64,000 bases of DNA, from positions 11,576,658 to 11,640,657 of the forward strand of contig NC_081394.1 in assembly GCF_030684315.1 (NCBI RefSeq), read 5' to 3'. Positions 26,415-37,620 of the stretch are shown piece after piece. How positions within the stretch are numbered: the stretch's first letter is position 1; each line of letters starts with the position of its first letter. Source of the stretch: Stegostoma tigrinum (lineage: Eukaryota). The translations under genes and the position numbers were made by a program. The notes beneath the pieces are model-generated. The model was not told where the DNA came from and did no database searches. It saw only the letters and a list, made by a program, of their open reading frames with translations.

Positions 26415-29370
26415 GAAAAAACATAAATATCACAAGCAGGAGTAGGCCATCTGGCAGTTCAAGCCTACTCACCATTCAATAAGATGATAGATCTTTTCAT
26501 GACCTCAGTTCCCCTTTTGCACACACTCAGCATCATACTTAATTTCTGCACTGTTGAGAAAAGTTTCTATCTTAGCTTTAAAAACATTCATTTGGGAAGT
26601 CATACCTACTTCATTGGACAGGAATTTATACAGTTTCACAATACTTTTTGTGAATAAGTTCCCGTTCATTACTTCTTAAATCTGATCGCACTAATTTTGA
26701 GTCTGTGTCCTCTTATTCTAGTTTCACCAGTCAGTGCAATCTACCTGCTTTGATGTTATCTACCCCTTTCATATTTCTAATTGTTTCTCGTAACACCACC
26801 CCCCCGGCCATTATTCAATATTTCAGCGAATATAATCCCAGTCTAGTCAATTTCTCTTATAAACCAACTCGAGAAACTCCAAAACCAATGTAGTAAATCT
26901 CTTGTGCACCGCCTCCAGTGCCAGCACATCCTTTCACTGGTAAGGAGACCAAAGCCAAATGTAATACCCCAGGTATGACTTCACCAGCACTATATGCAGC
27001 TGCGAAGGTAACTCCATGCTTGTTAACTTAATCCCTCTAACAATGCTGGAAAAATTCCATTTACCTTCGTTATTACATGTTGTCCTTCCAAACCAACCGT
27101 TTTCAAATCATGCAAAAGGACAACAAGGGCCCTCTGCACAGCAGAATGCTACAAGTTTTTAACACTCAAATAATGTTCTTTTTACTGTTAGTTCAACAAA
27201 AAAATGATGATGTCATACTTATCAACATTGTATTTCATTTGCCAGACCTTGCCCACTGACTTAAATTGTATGTATCCCACTCAAAACTTTCAGAATCTTC
27301 TGGCCACTTTTCGCCAACATTCATGTAACTGTCATCCAGATATTTTGTCAAACTACAACTCGAAGGTCACCAATTCCAAATCACCTCTTAAAATGTAAGC
27401 AATTGAGGTTCAATCACTGATCACTGCAACACACTATTTTTCACTGATCTCCAATCAGAAAAAAAACGCTCAGTTATCTCCTTGCTTTGGGCCCTCTTAG
27501 TTAACCAATCCCCCACCCACACCAACACATCAGGGAGAACATGATGCACCGTCATCTTACACAGCATCTTTTTGTGTGGCACCTTGTTTAATTTATGTTT
27601 GACATTCAGAAACACCATATCTCCTGGGTCCCTATTGTCCCCACTACACCTAATAGCGTCACGGAATTCCAGTAAATTAGTTAAGGATGACAAAGTGTGG
27701 AGCTGGATGAACACGCAGGCCAAGCAGCATCTCAAGAGCACACAAACTGAGATTTCGATCTTGGACCCTTCATAAGGATGAAATGTGTTTCATGACCCAA
27801 TGCTGTATCTGCTCAATGAGAGAATTGTTTTAAGCCGACATATTACTAATCCTTCCTTGATGATAGGTCCAATCATTTTACCCACGACGGAAGTTAAGAA
27901 TATCAGCTTTTCATTCCACATTGATTGTCTACATCTATTTTAAAACAGTGATGTCACATTGGATATTTTCCAATCTCCTGGATCAGCCCCAGAGTCCACC
28001 AAATTTTACAAAGTTACTATGAGTGCATTTGGTATTTGTCCCACCTACTCTTTTTCAGGACCTTCAGCTGCATTCCATGAGGGTGAGGAAACGTGCCTAC
28101 CTTCAGCTCCATGAGCTTGTTGAACATTACCGCAATCATGATAATGATCCTGTCGAAGTCTGCACATACCTTTTTCCCCTTGTCATCAATTACTAGCATG
28201 TTATTCGTGTCCTCCAATATGAAGGCTAACACATCGGCTGTTTATTCATTTCCCAGGATTAAATCAAATTCTCATCCTCTAAAGGACCAATGTTTACCTT
28301 CACCAATAGTTTTAGTTTTATATATATTTTAGTGATTATTTTTATATGCTGAGCAAATTACTCTTGTGATCTTTCTTACTTTTATTTATACTTCTAATTT
28401 ATTCTGGCTCTCTGTTGACATTGATGTCAATCTTCTATTTTCTTAATGGTCTTTGTCAATTTCCGTGCCTTATGTTTCAGTTTGTTAGACTCTCTTATTC
28501 CCTAAAACACACAAGGCTGATCACTTCTCCTACAGTCATTCCTTTTCACTGATATCTATTTTGATGAAAGATTGCTTTGTCAGTTCTCCCTGGTTCCTCA
28601 ACTGTACCACCTGAAAGCCTTTACTTTGACTGCTTTAGCCAACTCCTCCCTGCTCCTGTTGTCTTCTTTGTTTAAGCATAGTGACCTGATGATGGATTTT
28701 AACTTCTTACACTCCATCTTCATTCTAAATTCATCCATACTCTTTATGTGTCTTCCAAGACGATCCCAAACAATGCGATTTTTAATTATCCCTGTATCAT
28801 TACACAACGCCAGCTCGAGAATAGCTTTCTGCCTCGTCAGTTCCATTACATATTGTCCCAGAAAACTGTCGCTGATGTATTCGATTAATTCCTCCAAATG
28901 ACTGCCTTGATTGATGTGGTTCAAACAAACAACACAGAGATTAAAATTCCCCACGATAATTGTGCACCATTTTTACAGGTACTAGCTCAAATTTTGTTGA
29001 TTGTTCTCACTGATATTATGTTATTATTCGGCCGCTCATAGACTACACAGGTCAGTGACTTTTTCTTCTTAGAATTTATCATATCCACCCAAATGGATTC
29101 AAACTTATTCTCCATAGAACCTGTGTTATCTGTAACAGCATCCTGATCTCACCCTTCAGTATCTGTGCGACATCATTTTCCTTAATTTCGAAACTGTCCT
29201 TCTGAATAAATCAGTGCACCTGGATATCTAATGCCGAGTCATAACCAAGGTGCAACCATGTCTACTTAATTGCTCCTAAATCAGATTAAATTTCGACATA
29301 TTTGCTCTACTTACTCCTTTACCTTGTTTCAAATGTTACGAGCATTCAGGTAAACAGCTTTTATGCTGTT
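26415..29370 (-). mobile_element. Degraded CR1 LINE
   Basis: GNFNL...ISDSFLGQYVMELTRQKAILELALCN (APE) and LTNLLEF...DMVFLN...KVPHK (RT); 3' tail near 26420-26480. Confidence 0.85.
27691..27772 (-). mobile_element. Solo Penelope-pLTR-like short element inserted in CR1
   Basis: Similar to the 3' end of the Penelope element at ~40620-40710. Flanked by the direct repeat TAAGGATGA (27682-27690, 27773-27781). Confidence 0.7.
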
Positions 29371-31379
29371 TTTATATCTTCTTTTTGTACTATAACATCT
29401 CCATTAATAATATCTCCTGAGTTTTCTTCGTAAACTCTTTAACAATCTTTGATTTTGTCAAATCCTGCTGAACACCTGAGTCATTGGGAAAAAAAAGAAG
29501 GAATTTCAAACTCAATAAGAGCGCAGTTTCAACGGTTCTTGTTGTTCATTTGTGTATTTCATTTTACACCGATCCTCTGGTATTAGAATTCAACAGGTAC
29601 TTGCAGATCATAGATTGTTTCTGTACCTATGTCTCTTCAGGCCATCACTTTCATGGAAACCCTTTGACAGTGTTATCAAATTTTACACAATTAATAGCAG
29701 TTCCCCATAACCCTACATTTATTTCAGAATTATGTATTCATCCAATTCGGCTTTGTAACTTGTACTCCATTCTGCATGATCCAGAAGCCTGGTATCCCTT
29801 ACTACTGCTTGCCATGACAAACGATTTTGTTGCTGTCTCACTGGTTTGGCTCATCTGCTGATTCTATTGTCGTTAGCCCTCTGGTTACATCTCACAACAC
29901 ACTTGGGAAAAAATAATAAATTTATTCATTTGAGAGATATCTTTCAAAATTAGGAGAGCAGCCTTCTGTGGAATCTCACAATCGGTCCTGCATGAGGGAG
30001 AGCACTTCCACCTTCTTCAGTCTCCATATGAAATTGTTTTGTTTTTATTGCCTTTTATTCTCCTCTGTGGAGTTAGATGAGATGTATGAAGTTATTTTGG
30101 CATTTCCTGCTGCTGAAGTCAATGGTATTGCCCTGTGTTAACGGGGGACTAGCGATGCTTTTGTTACTGTGATCATTCTTCAGAGATGTGGTGACAGTCA
30201 TTGTCTTGCTGCACCTTTCCTTCCCTTTTAAATGATTACCCTTCGAGTATGCAACTTATTCCTTCTTGAAAATTATTACTGTAAGCTTTGAGTGAATGAG
30301 AACCATGCTCGTCTGCTGAATTAAGTGTCATTACTCCACATGTTAGCATTTGTGTGCTGCACTATCAGTCAGACACATCATTGCACTTGCCTGTCAAGAA
30401 TGGCATAATAGATTGGAAATGAGACCGTGGGGGACGGGATTGTTTATTCAAGAGCACTCTTCAAGTAATAATAAAAAGATAAAACATCACTTTGAAAGCC
30501 ATATTAGGCGTTTTCATGAATTTGCAGAGTTATTGAACCTCCCAAAGGAAAAAAAATGGATGGCTTTCTGTGAGGGCAAGTTCTGTGAGACTTCAACTAT
30601 TTGGGAGCGTCATAAAGTTGGGTACGTTAAGACTTGGCCACAGTCAATGAGGGGTGATGTCAGAAGATCGGTCACTGGGGTCAAATTGGGGTTTGTGACA
30701 TGGGCGCCAGGATGGTCTGATTTTGTCAGAATACTTATTGGTAAGTCTGGCTGTCATCCTACACACGTGGTATATTGGAATCAAGATGGAATTATGTCAG
30801 AATCAACTTTTGGTCAGTTCAGTTAACGAGGGAGTTAAGACTGGATTTGTGTCAGAGTTTTTTGTGCAGTCATGCCACTGTCAAGTTATTATCACGCCAG
30901 GATGAGGGCGTGACAAGTCAAGGTCAGGGTTATTTGGTTCAGTCAGAAAGAAGTTTGTTTTGTGCCGGGGTGCAGTGCTTTTTGATTCATACACAAATGA
31001 AGCTTTTTTGAAATAGTCTATATCTACCTCACTGGCGTACACTTGCTCTTAGTCTCAAAGTTTGTTTCTTTTCACCTCCTGCTCCCTGCTATCATGAATC
31101 AATATTTAGTTATTCTTGTGACCACATTTTCCCCATTGGACGGTTTGAAATCTGCTACACCTGTAAAGAGAAACTAAGAACGAATATGTAAATATGACTT
31201 ACTTACGATTTCAATTTAGCTGAACAGATAATGATTGTGAATGATAGTCTTGCAGGGGACAGAATAAAATGCAAAGCTCATCCACTGGCAACAATAACAT
31301 TGTGAAAAACAATATTGCAGGGTAAATGTTAAAGCGGCAGAGCAGCTTGGAATGTCAGTATTGAATAAGTGCTGCTCAT

Positions 31380-31720
31380 GTGGAGCAGCTGAATGGCTTC
31401 ATGGTTAGCACTGATGCATCTTAGTGCCAGTTACGTAAATTCAACCCCACTTTTGGGTAACTGTTGATTTGGAGATTGCACATTCTCCCTGAGCCTGCCT
31501 GAACATTCTCCTGGTGTTTTAGCTTCCTCCGCCAATCAAAAGTGTGAAAAGTATGTGGATTGACCATGCTAATTTTCCCACAGTGCTCACAGATGTGTAC
31601 ATTCAATGTAAGAGCCATGGGAAATGCAGGGTTGCAGGGAAAGGGGGTGTCAGCGTGGAATGTTAATTGGAGGATTGGCGTGAATTTGTAGGGCCTACTG
31701 GTCTGTTTCCATGTTGTAGA
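31380..31720 (+). mobile_element. HE1-like SINE (paralog of 1585-1930)
   Basis: tggttagcactgatgc head, ttggagattgcacattctccc core and gggcctactggtctgtttcca tail. Confidence 0.7.
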
Positions 31721-32309
31721 GCTCATACTGAGGGAGCATTGCAATGTTGAATTGATTGCATTTACAAGAGTATCATCTGATCAAAAGTTTAGCCCTGTGT
31801 GAGATCTGCAATATGAAACGGGCATAAATGAAGAAATCATGCAATGAATGACAATGATTGGGAATCAATACCCTCTCTGACGATTAGCAGAATGAGCTCA
31901 TTAAGGTCAAAAGAGCAGGTCGAAGGAAGAGTTGCACAGTTAAAGTGCCGGTAATGAGGTACAACTGGAATTTTATGCAATCATGCAGGGAGTTGAGTAC
32001 TGTCAGAAGAACTGCATTGCCAGATGTTCACAACCGAGGGAGATCTGTACTGTCTGATGTTCAACATTATGTTTTTTTTTTGCACGGCTATCTTATCCAT
32101 AAGTAGCATGGGCTACTGTTTCGGACTTTGCCAGTAGTTGGCTGTGTGTCAAATAATTTTCCAAGAGAGGCCACAACACTATGTATCACTCCATCAAAAT
32201 GATCGGAAGTAATTGTACCTTCACTAATCACACAGATCAGCATGGAGTCAATTGAGGACTGAATTGATTACAATGATTTTCATTTTATTGATTTATTGCA
32301 AAAAATAAG

Positions 32310-33990
32310 TCTCAAGCGTTGGCAGCAATTTTCGGAAAGAAGTGCGTAGTGAATGATCCATCTTGGCCTCCTCCAGTAGACCCCAGCATTACAGATACCA
32401 GTCTTCAGCCTATTCGAATCTCTCCACGTGATATTAAGACATTGTTGAAGGCATTGAATACTACCCAGCCTCTGGGTCCTGACATCATTCCAGCAATTGT
32501 ACTGAAGACATGTGATCCAGAACTTGCCGCTCGCCAAGCCAAGATACTCCAGTACAGTTACAATGCTGGTATCTTCCTGGCAAGATGAAAAATGTCCAAA
32601 TGTGTCCTTTACACTTCAAGCAGGACAAATCCAACCCAGCCATTTGCCGCCCCATCAGTCTACATTTGATCATCAATGAATTGATGGAAGGTGTCATCAA
32701 AAGTGCTATCAAGCAGTAACTTCTTGGAAATAACCTGCTCAGCGATGACCAAATTGGGATCTGGCAGGGCCACTCAGCTCATGCTCTCAATACACTGTTG
32801 GTTCAAATTTGAACAAAAGAGCTAAATTCCAGAGGTGAGGTGAGAGTGACAGCCATTGCTATCAGGGCTACAGTAGAACGAGTGTGGTATCCACGAGCAT
32901 GAGCAAAACTGGAATCAATGCGTATCAGGGTCAAAATCCTTGTTGGAGTTGTAATTGACACATAGGAAGATGGTTGTGGTTGCTGGCAGCCAACTGTCTC
33001 AGCTGCATGAAGTGTGTGTTGTGTTTCGTCAAGGTATTGCCCTTGGCCCAACCATCTTCAGATGCTTCAGTTATGACGTTCTGTCCATGATAAGTCCGGA
33101 AATGGAGATGCTCGCTGACGATTGCACAATGTTCAGCACAATTCGTGACTCCTCAGATAATGAAGCAGTCCATGTAAACATGCGGCATTTTTGTACAATA
33201 TCATGGGCTTTGGCCTGCAAGTGGCAAGTGACATTTGTTTCACACAAATGCCAAGCTATGAAAATCACCAATAAGATGCAATCTCACGACCATCCCTTAA
33301 CATTTACTTGTGATAACATCTATGCATACCCTACTATCAATATGCTGGTGGTTATCATTGACTACAAACTTAGCAGGACTCACCACATTAACACATTGGC
33401 TGCAAGAGCCGGCCAGAAACTCAGAATACTGCATCGAATTGCGAACTTCCTGAACCCTATATGCTTGTATGCAATTGACAAGGCACAAGCCAGGACGCTG
33501 ATGGAAAGCACCCAGATGCCTGGTGGAGTGCAACCACAACAAGATTCAAGACGTTTGACAACACCCAGGCAAAAATAACGCGCATCATTGACATTACATC
33601 CATGAACATCCACTCCCTCCACCACCGACACTCATTAGCAGCAGGGAGCATGTTTTATGAGATGCCCAGCAGAAATTCACCAAAGATCCTCAGACAGCAC
33701 CTTCCAAACAAACCACGAATTCCAGGACAAGGGCATCATATGTATGGGAACACCAACACCTTCAATTTCCCCTCCAAGTCACTCACCATCTTGACATGGA
33801 AATATATCAAAGTTCCTTCACTGTTGATGGGTCAGAATCCTGGAATTCCATCCCTAATAACATAGTGATTCGACCCACAGCAGGAGTACTGCAGCATTTC
33901 TAGAACACAGTGCACCACCAAATGTCAATGGTAACTAGGGTTAGGCAAGAAACCCTGGCCAGTCGACATTGCCTCCATCCCACAAATGAA
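32310..33990 (+). mobile_element. Degraded CR1/L2-group LINE
   Basis: ALNTTQPLGPDIIPAIVLKTC, QGIALGPTIFRCF..MLADDCT and KWQVTFVSHKCQAM. Absent from the homologous site in block X (~1035). Confidence 0.85.
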
Positions 33991-34996
33991 CAGAAAAATA
34001 AACTAAAAAAGAACCTCAATGTTGGACATTCACATCAGCACCAGGGAATTTAAAAATGGAACATACACAATGTATTTCTTATCAAAGGAATTGGCACTGT
34101 GTGATTCATAAGCTGAAAATAGGTCGTTTCATGAACTTTCCCTTGAATCCAGTGATGCTGTTGATTAATGTGCCCAAGCAAGTCAGGATAAGCATAAATC
34201 TGAATCATGAGGAGAACAACAATATGTAGGAATGATGTATTGAGAGGCAAACATAGAGATGCTCACACATCACATACTGTACAATCCACAGAACCGATAG
34301 ATTACTGAACATCCAAACTCGGAAAGATGGATTGCCTGTGAACATAGTGTCAACCAAACCCAGATCCTGCGCAGTTACATGGTCAGAGACCACAAATAAT
34401 TTCAACATCAAGATTTTGAGAAGCAAAGGAAAACATTCCTAGAAAAAAATACTCACTTGGTCTGGGAGAATCTGTGAGGGGAAAAAAAAAAGAAAATAAA
34501 GAGATAATGTTTCAGGTCTGGTTACCCTTCCTCAAAAGGGCCTGTTCTGAGAGTCACTGGTCCTAGAACATTAATTCTGTTTTTGTCTTGCTTTAGAGAG
34601 GCTGCCAGACTTGCTGGCCATTTCCAGCAACATGTCATTATTCATGCATTTTAGCATCCACAGCTCTTTCCGTTTTTATTGAGATCTTTCCCTGTTTGTG
34701 TCTATCTCATTCAGCTGTTATCTTGAACATATGTATTTTCTCTCAGCTTGCAGTTCGCTTTAACGTATTTTTCTTCTGATTACATGTAAACTGAAATCTG
34801 TATTTGCGTTCATCTCTCTACTTATGTAGTTTTCTTAGTCCACGTGTGTCGCTCTCTTTCTATTCAATCATGTTCTAGCACAGTATTCCACATATTCTGT
34901 CTGGTTTTATTTATTTCTGCTTCCTTTTCTCATCTGTTTACTTTTTAAAAGTCTTACTACCTATCTGACTCACAATCTCTCGCCACTGTGTGCATG

Positions 34997-35000
<4 letters not shown>

Positions 35001-35035
<35 letters not shown>
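35001..35035. repeat. (TC)n microsatellite, counterpart of the (GA)n at 31-52
   Basis: Directly visible. Confidence 0.95.
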
Positions 35036-35038
<3 letters not shown>

Positions 35039-35139
35039 ATTCTGTCCTCCTCTGTGAAGATCAACATCATCCTCCGACGTCTAACACCCACGACCGACAA
35101 GATCCCTCTACCTCTTCCATTCTAAGTTGTTGACTGGAA

Positions 35140-35935
35140 GAAACCTTCCATTGAGTGAACGGATTCCATTTCAGAGCAGTTGGGGTTCCATTGAGAGTAT
35201 CAGAACTTCAGTTGATTGGAAAGGAATTCTATTCGCAAGCTGTGAAAACGTGAATCCATTCATTGCAACTGAGTTTCCATGGACTGTAAGTGCGTACAAG
35301 TGAATATTCCTGTGTCAATTTAGTGCAACTGAGATAATCTATTAATTGAGAGGTACTTTTGAGAATGTGTTGGTGTGGTTACATCGACCATGAATGAGTT
35401 TCCATCAAGAATGAGTGAGTTATCGCTGAATGTGAGTCACTTTCTCTCAAGTACAGATTGTTCTCTTTGATTTGTGAGTGGGTTTTCAATGGATGTGCAC
35501 TTTCATTGAATACGAAAGCTTTTCTATCAAGCTCATGTCTTAGCGCTGTGGGCGAGTGCGTTTCATTTATTGTGGTTTTCAATTCATTGATTTGAGAATG
35601 AATTCATATTGTTTGAGTAAGATATTATTTAGCACATGTTAAGTTTGACCGTTAATGAATTTCTATTGAGTGTAAGTGAATTTACATTGTATGTCTGACT
35701 GAGATTTCGGCGATTGGATGAAATCATTTTAGCTGTGATTGGGTTTCAGTTAGTTCCCATTGAGTGTCAGTATATTCCATAAAATATTGAGCGAGATGCC
35801 ATTAAATGTGAAGAAGTGTTCAATAAGTGCAAGCAAGTGTCCATTAAACAAGTGTTAGTGTTCATTGAGTGAATTTCAGTGCAGAGAAAAATGGGTTTCC
35901 ATTGGTCCTTTGAATCCCCATTCATGGAAATGTTT
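35140..35935. repeat. Highly degenerate tandem repeat, ~21 bp unit
   Basis: Recurrent (t)tccattgagtg(t)aagtga-like units. Consecutive 21-mers at ~35795-35870: gatgccattaaatgtgaagaa / gtgttcaataagtgcaagcaa / gtgtccattaaacaagtgtta. Confidence 0.55.
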
Positions 35936-37149
35936 CGTTCGAATTTCTATTCTCTTTCTGTTGCCCTGATGTGAGCAGAATAGAGAAAAAATGCTCGTGA
36001 TGTTTGGCTATACTTACTTAAAATCTCAAATCCTATCAGCAATTGCAACAAACCCGACGTATCCATCTAATCATCTATCCCAAATGTTTATGTCTACACC
36101 AAAAAAGCAACAACAGATTCATCATCCGAAGGCAGTATTTGCACTTCAGTGAAATTTAATCTATTATAACGAGCTCCACACTTCCAAATTTCATAATTCT
36201 CGGGAGTTCCTTGGCACGAACTGCCACGGATAAAGAAGAATGACAGTATGTGTGTTCACAACCTCAGATTCAGGTGACTGCCAGCTTTATGGATTTGAAT
36301 ATAACGGAGTCAGTGAGGAAACAGTTTGAAACTGCACTGAGCGCACGACAATGAGAAGCGAATATTTGGATCCTCGGAGACAGAAAATATTGTATTCCAC
36401 CATCGATACTATCACCTCCCACTTTATTGAGAGTGCACTGAGGCAACTGCAAACGCGTTCTGTTGACTGGGGTGGGGGGGGGGGCGGGAATCAATATTCC
36501 ACCCTGATCGGACAATGCGATTGTTGAGGCATCCTGGAAGGTTCAAGAATGAGGCAGTTATTAAATAAAGGAAAATGACAGAAAAAAAAAGCATTGGCAT
36601 GTCTGGATGTAAGTACCATAAATGCTAATGATCTGGAATATTCTGGGTAACTGAAGCAATGCTGCTACGGTGGAGACATTTAATAAGTCAAGAAGTTAAT
36701 GGCAAAAATTTGAAGAGTGAAGTTCGGATAACTCTTTGATAATCAGAAAACTCTGACAAAGTGTGAAATTTTGCTCCAGAATTATCACTACATGAAGTCG
36801 TTGGATCATTTCTTAACTGTCAATGTGAAAACTGTAGATTACACCTCACCAAATGTGTTCCAGTGAAAGGGCGGAAAGCATGGGCATGTCATTAGGTCTG
36901 CTATCTATAATTACGAAATTGAATAACAGAACACATTTAAACGTTTTCATTCTCACATTTGCACCATCTTCCATTACATGCAACACTCTGTCCAGCAGCT
37001 TTTATGATGATCCTAGTCCTAGTTAGACGTTAGAAACTCCATCCCAGAAAAAAGGTAAAAAGAATCAGAGTGTACTTTCTATCTGCCTTATACCTATATT
37101 TCCTCATGTTGCACTTTGTGGTATCTACGATTCATTGTGTAATACCACA

Positions 37150-37620
37150 TGGATCCAGGCCTTTTGGGAGAAATTGGTCCATGCTGACCATAATACCCAC
37201 TGAGCTCGATCAAATCGCCAGTATTTGCTCCATATCACTTTAAATCCTTCCCTCCATGTCCGTATCCAAATGTTTCTTCAATGTTGCTATTTTACCTGCT
37301 TCAAACACTTCCTCTGGCAGCCCATTTCATGTGCGCACCAGTCTGTGCATAAATAACTTGCCCCTCAGTTATTTGTTAAAACTTTTTCCCGTTCACCTTG
37401 AACCTATACCCTCGAGATTTCAATTCCCCATTCCTGGTGCAAAGATTACATGCATTCATTCTATCTATGTGCTGTTGGATTTTATACACATTCATGAAAT
37501 CAAACCTCATTCTCCTCGGTTCCAAGGAATAAAATCTTATCCTGACCAAACTCTCCCTGTAACTCGTGGCTAATAGTCATGGAAAAATATCCTTAAATTT
37601 TCCTTGGACATTTTTCATTT
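37150..37620 (-). mobile_element. CR1 3' fragment
   Basis: CR1-type 3' sequence (gtatccaaatgtttcttcaatgttg...acttcctctggcagc). Confidence 0.65.

Larger units (their letters stand above)
29490..35035. repeat. Block X', inverted paralog of 1-3640, interrupted by a LINE at ~32310-33990
   Basis: See block X. The ORF track gives matching chance peptides on opposite strands (EAWYPLL, YPDLLG, TVPIP). Confidence 0.85.

Noticed and set aside
29484-29861. 125-aa hydrophobic ORF resembling 3273-3729
   Set aside because: The frame is not preserved between copies; this is chance translation of AT-rich duplicated DNA.
31161-31206. Apparent mini-intron GTAAGT...TTTACAG on the minus strand
   Set aside because: Only ~46 nt, too short for a typical vertebrate intron, and not conserved in block X.
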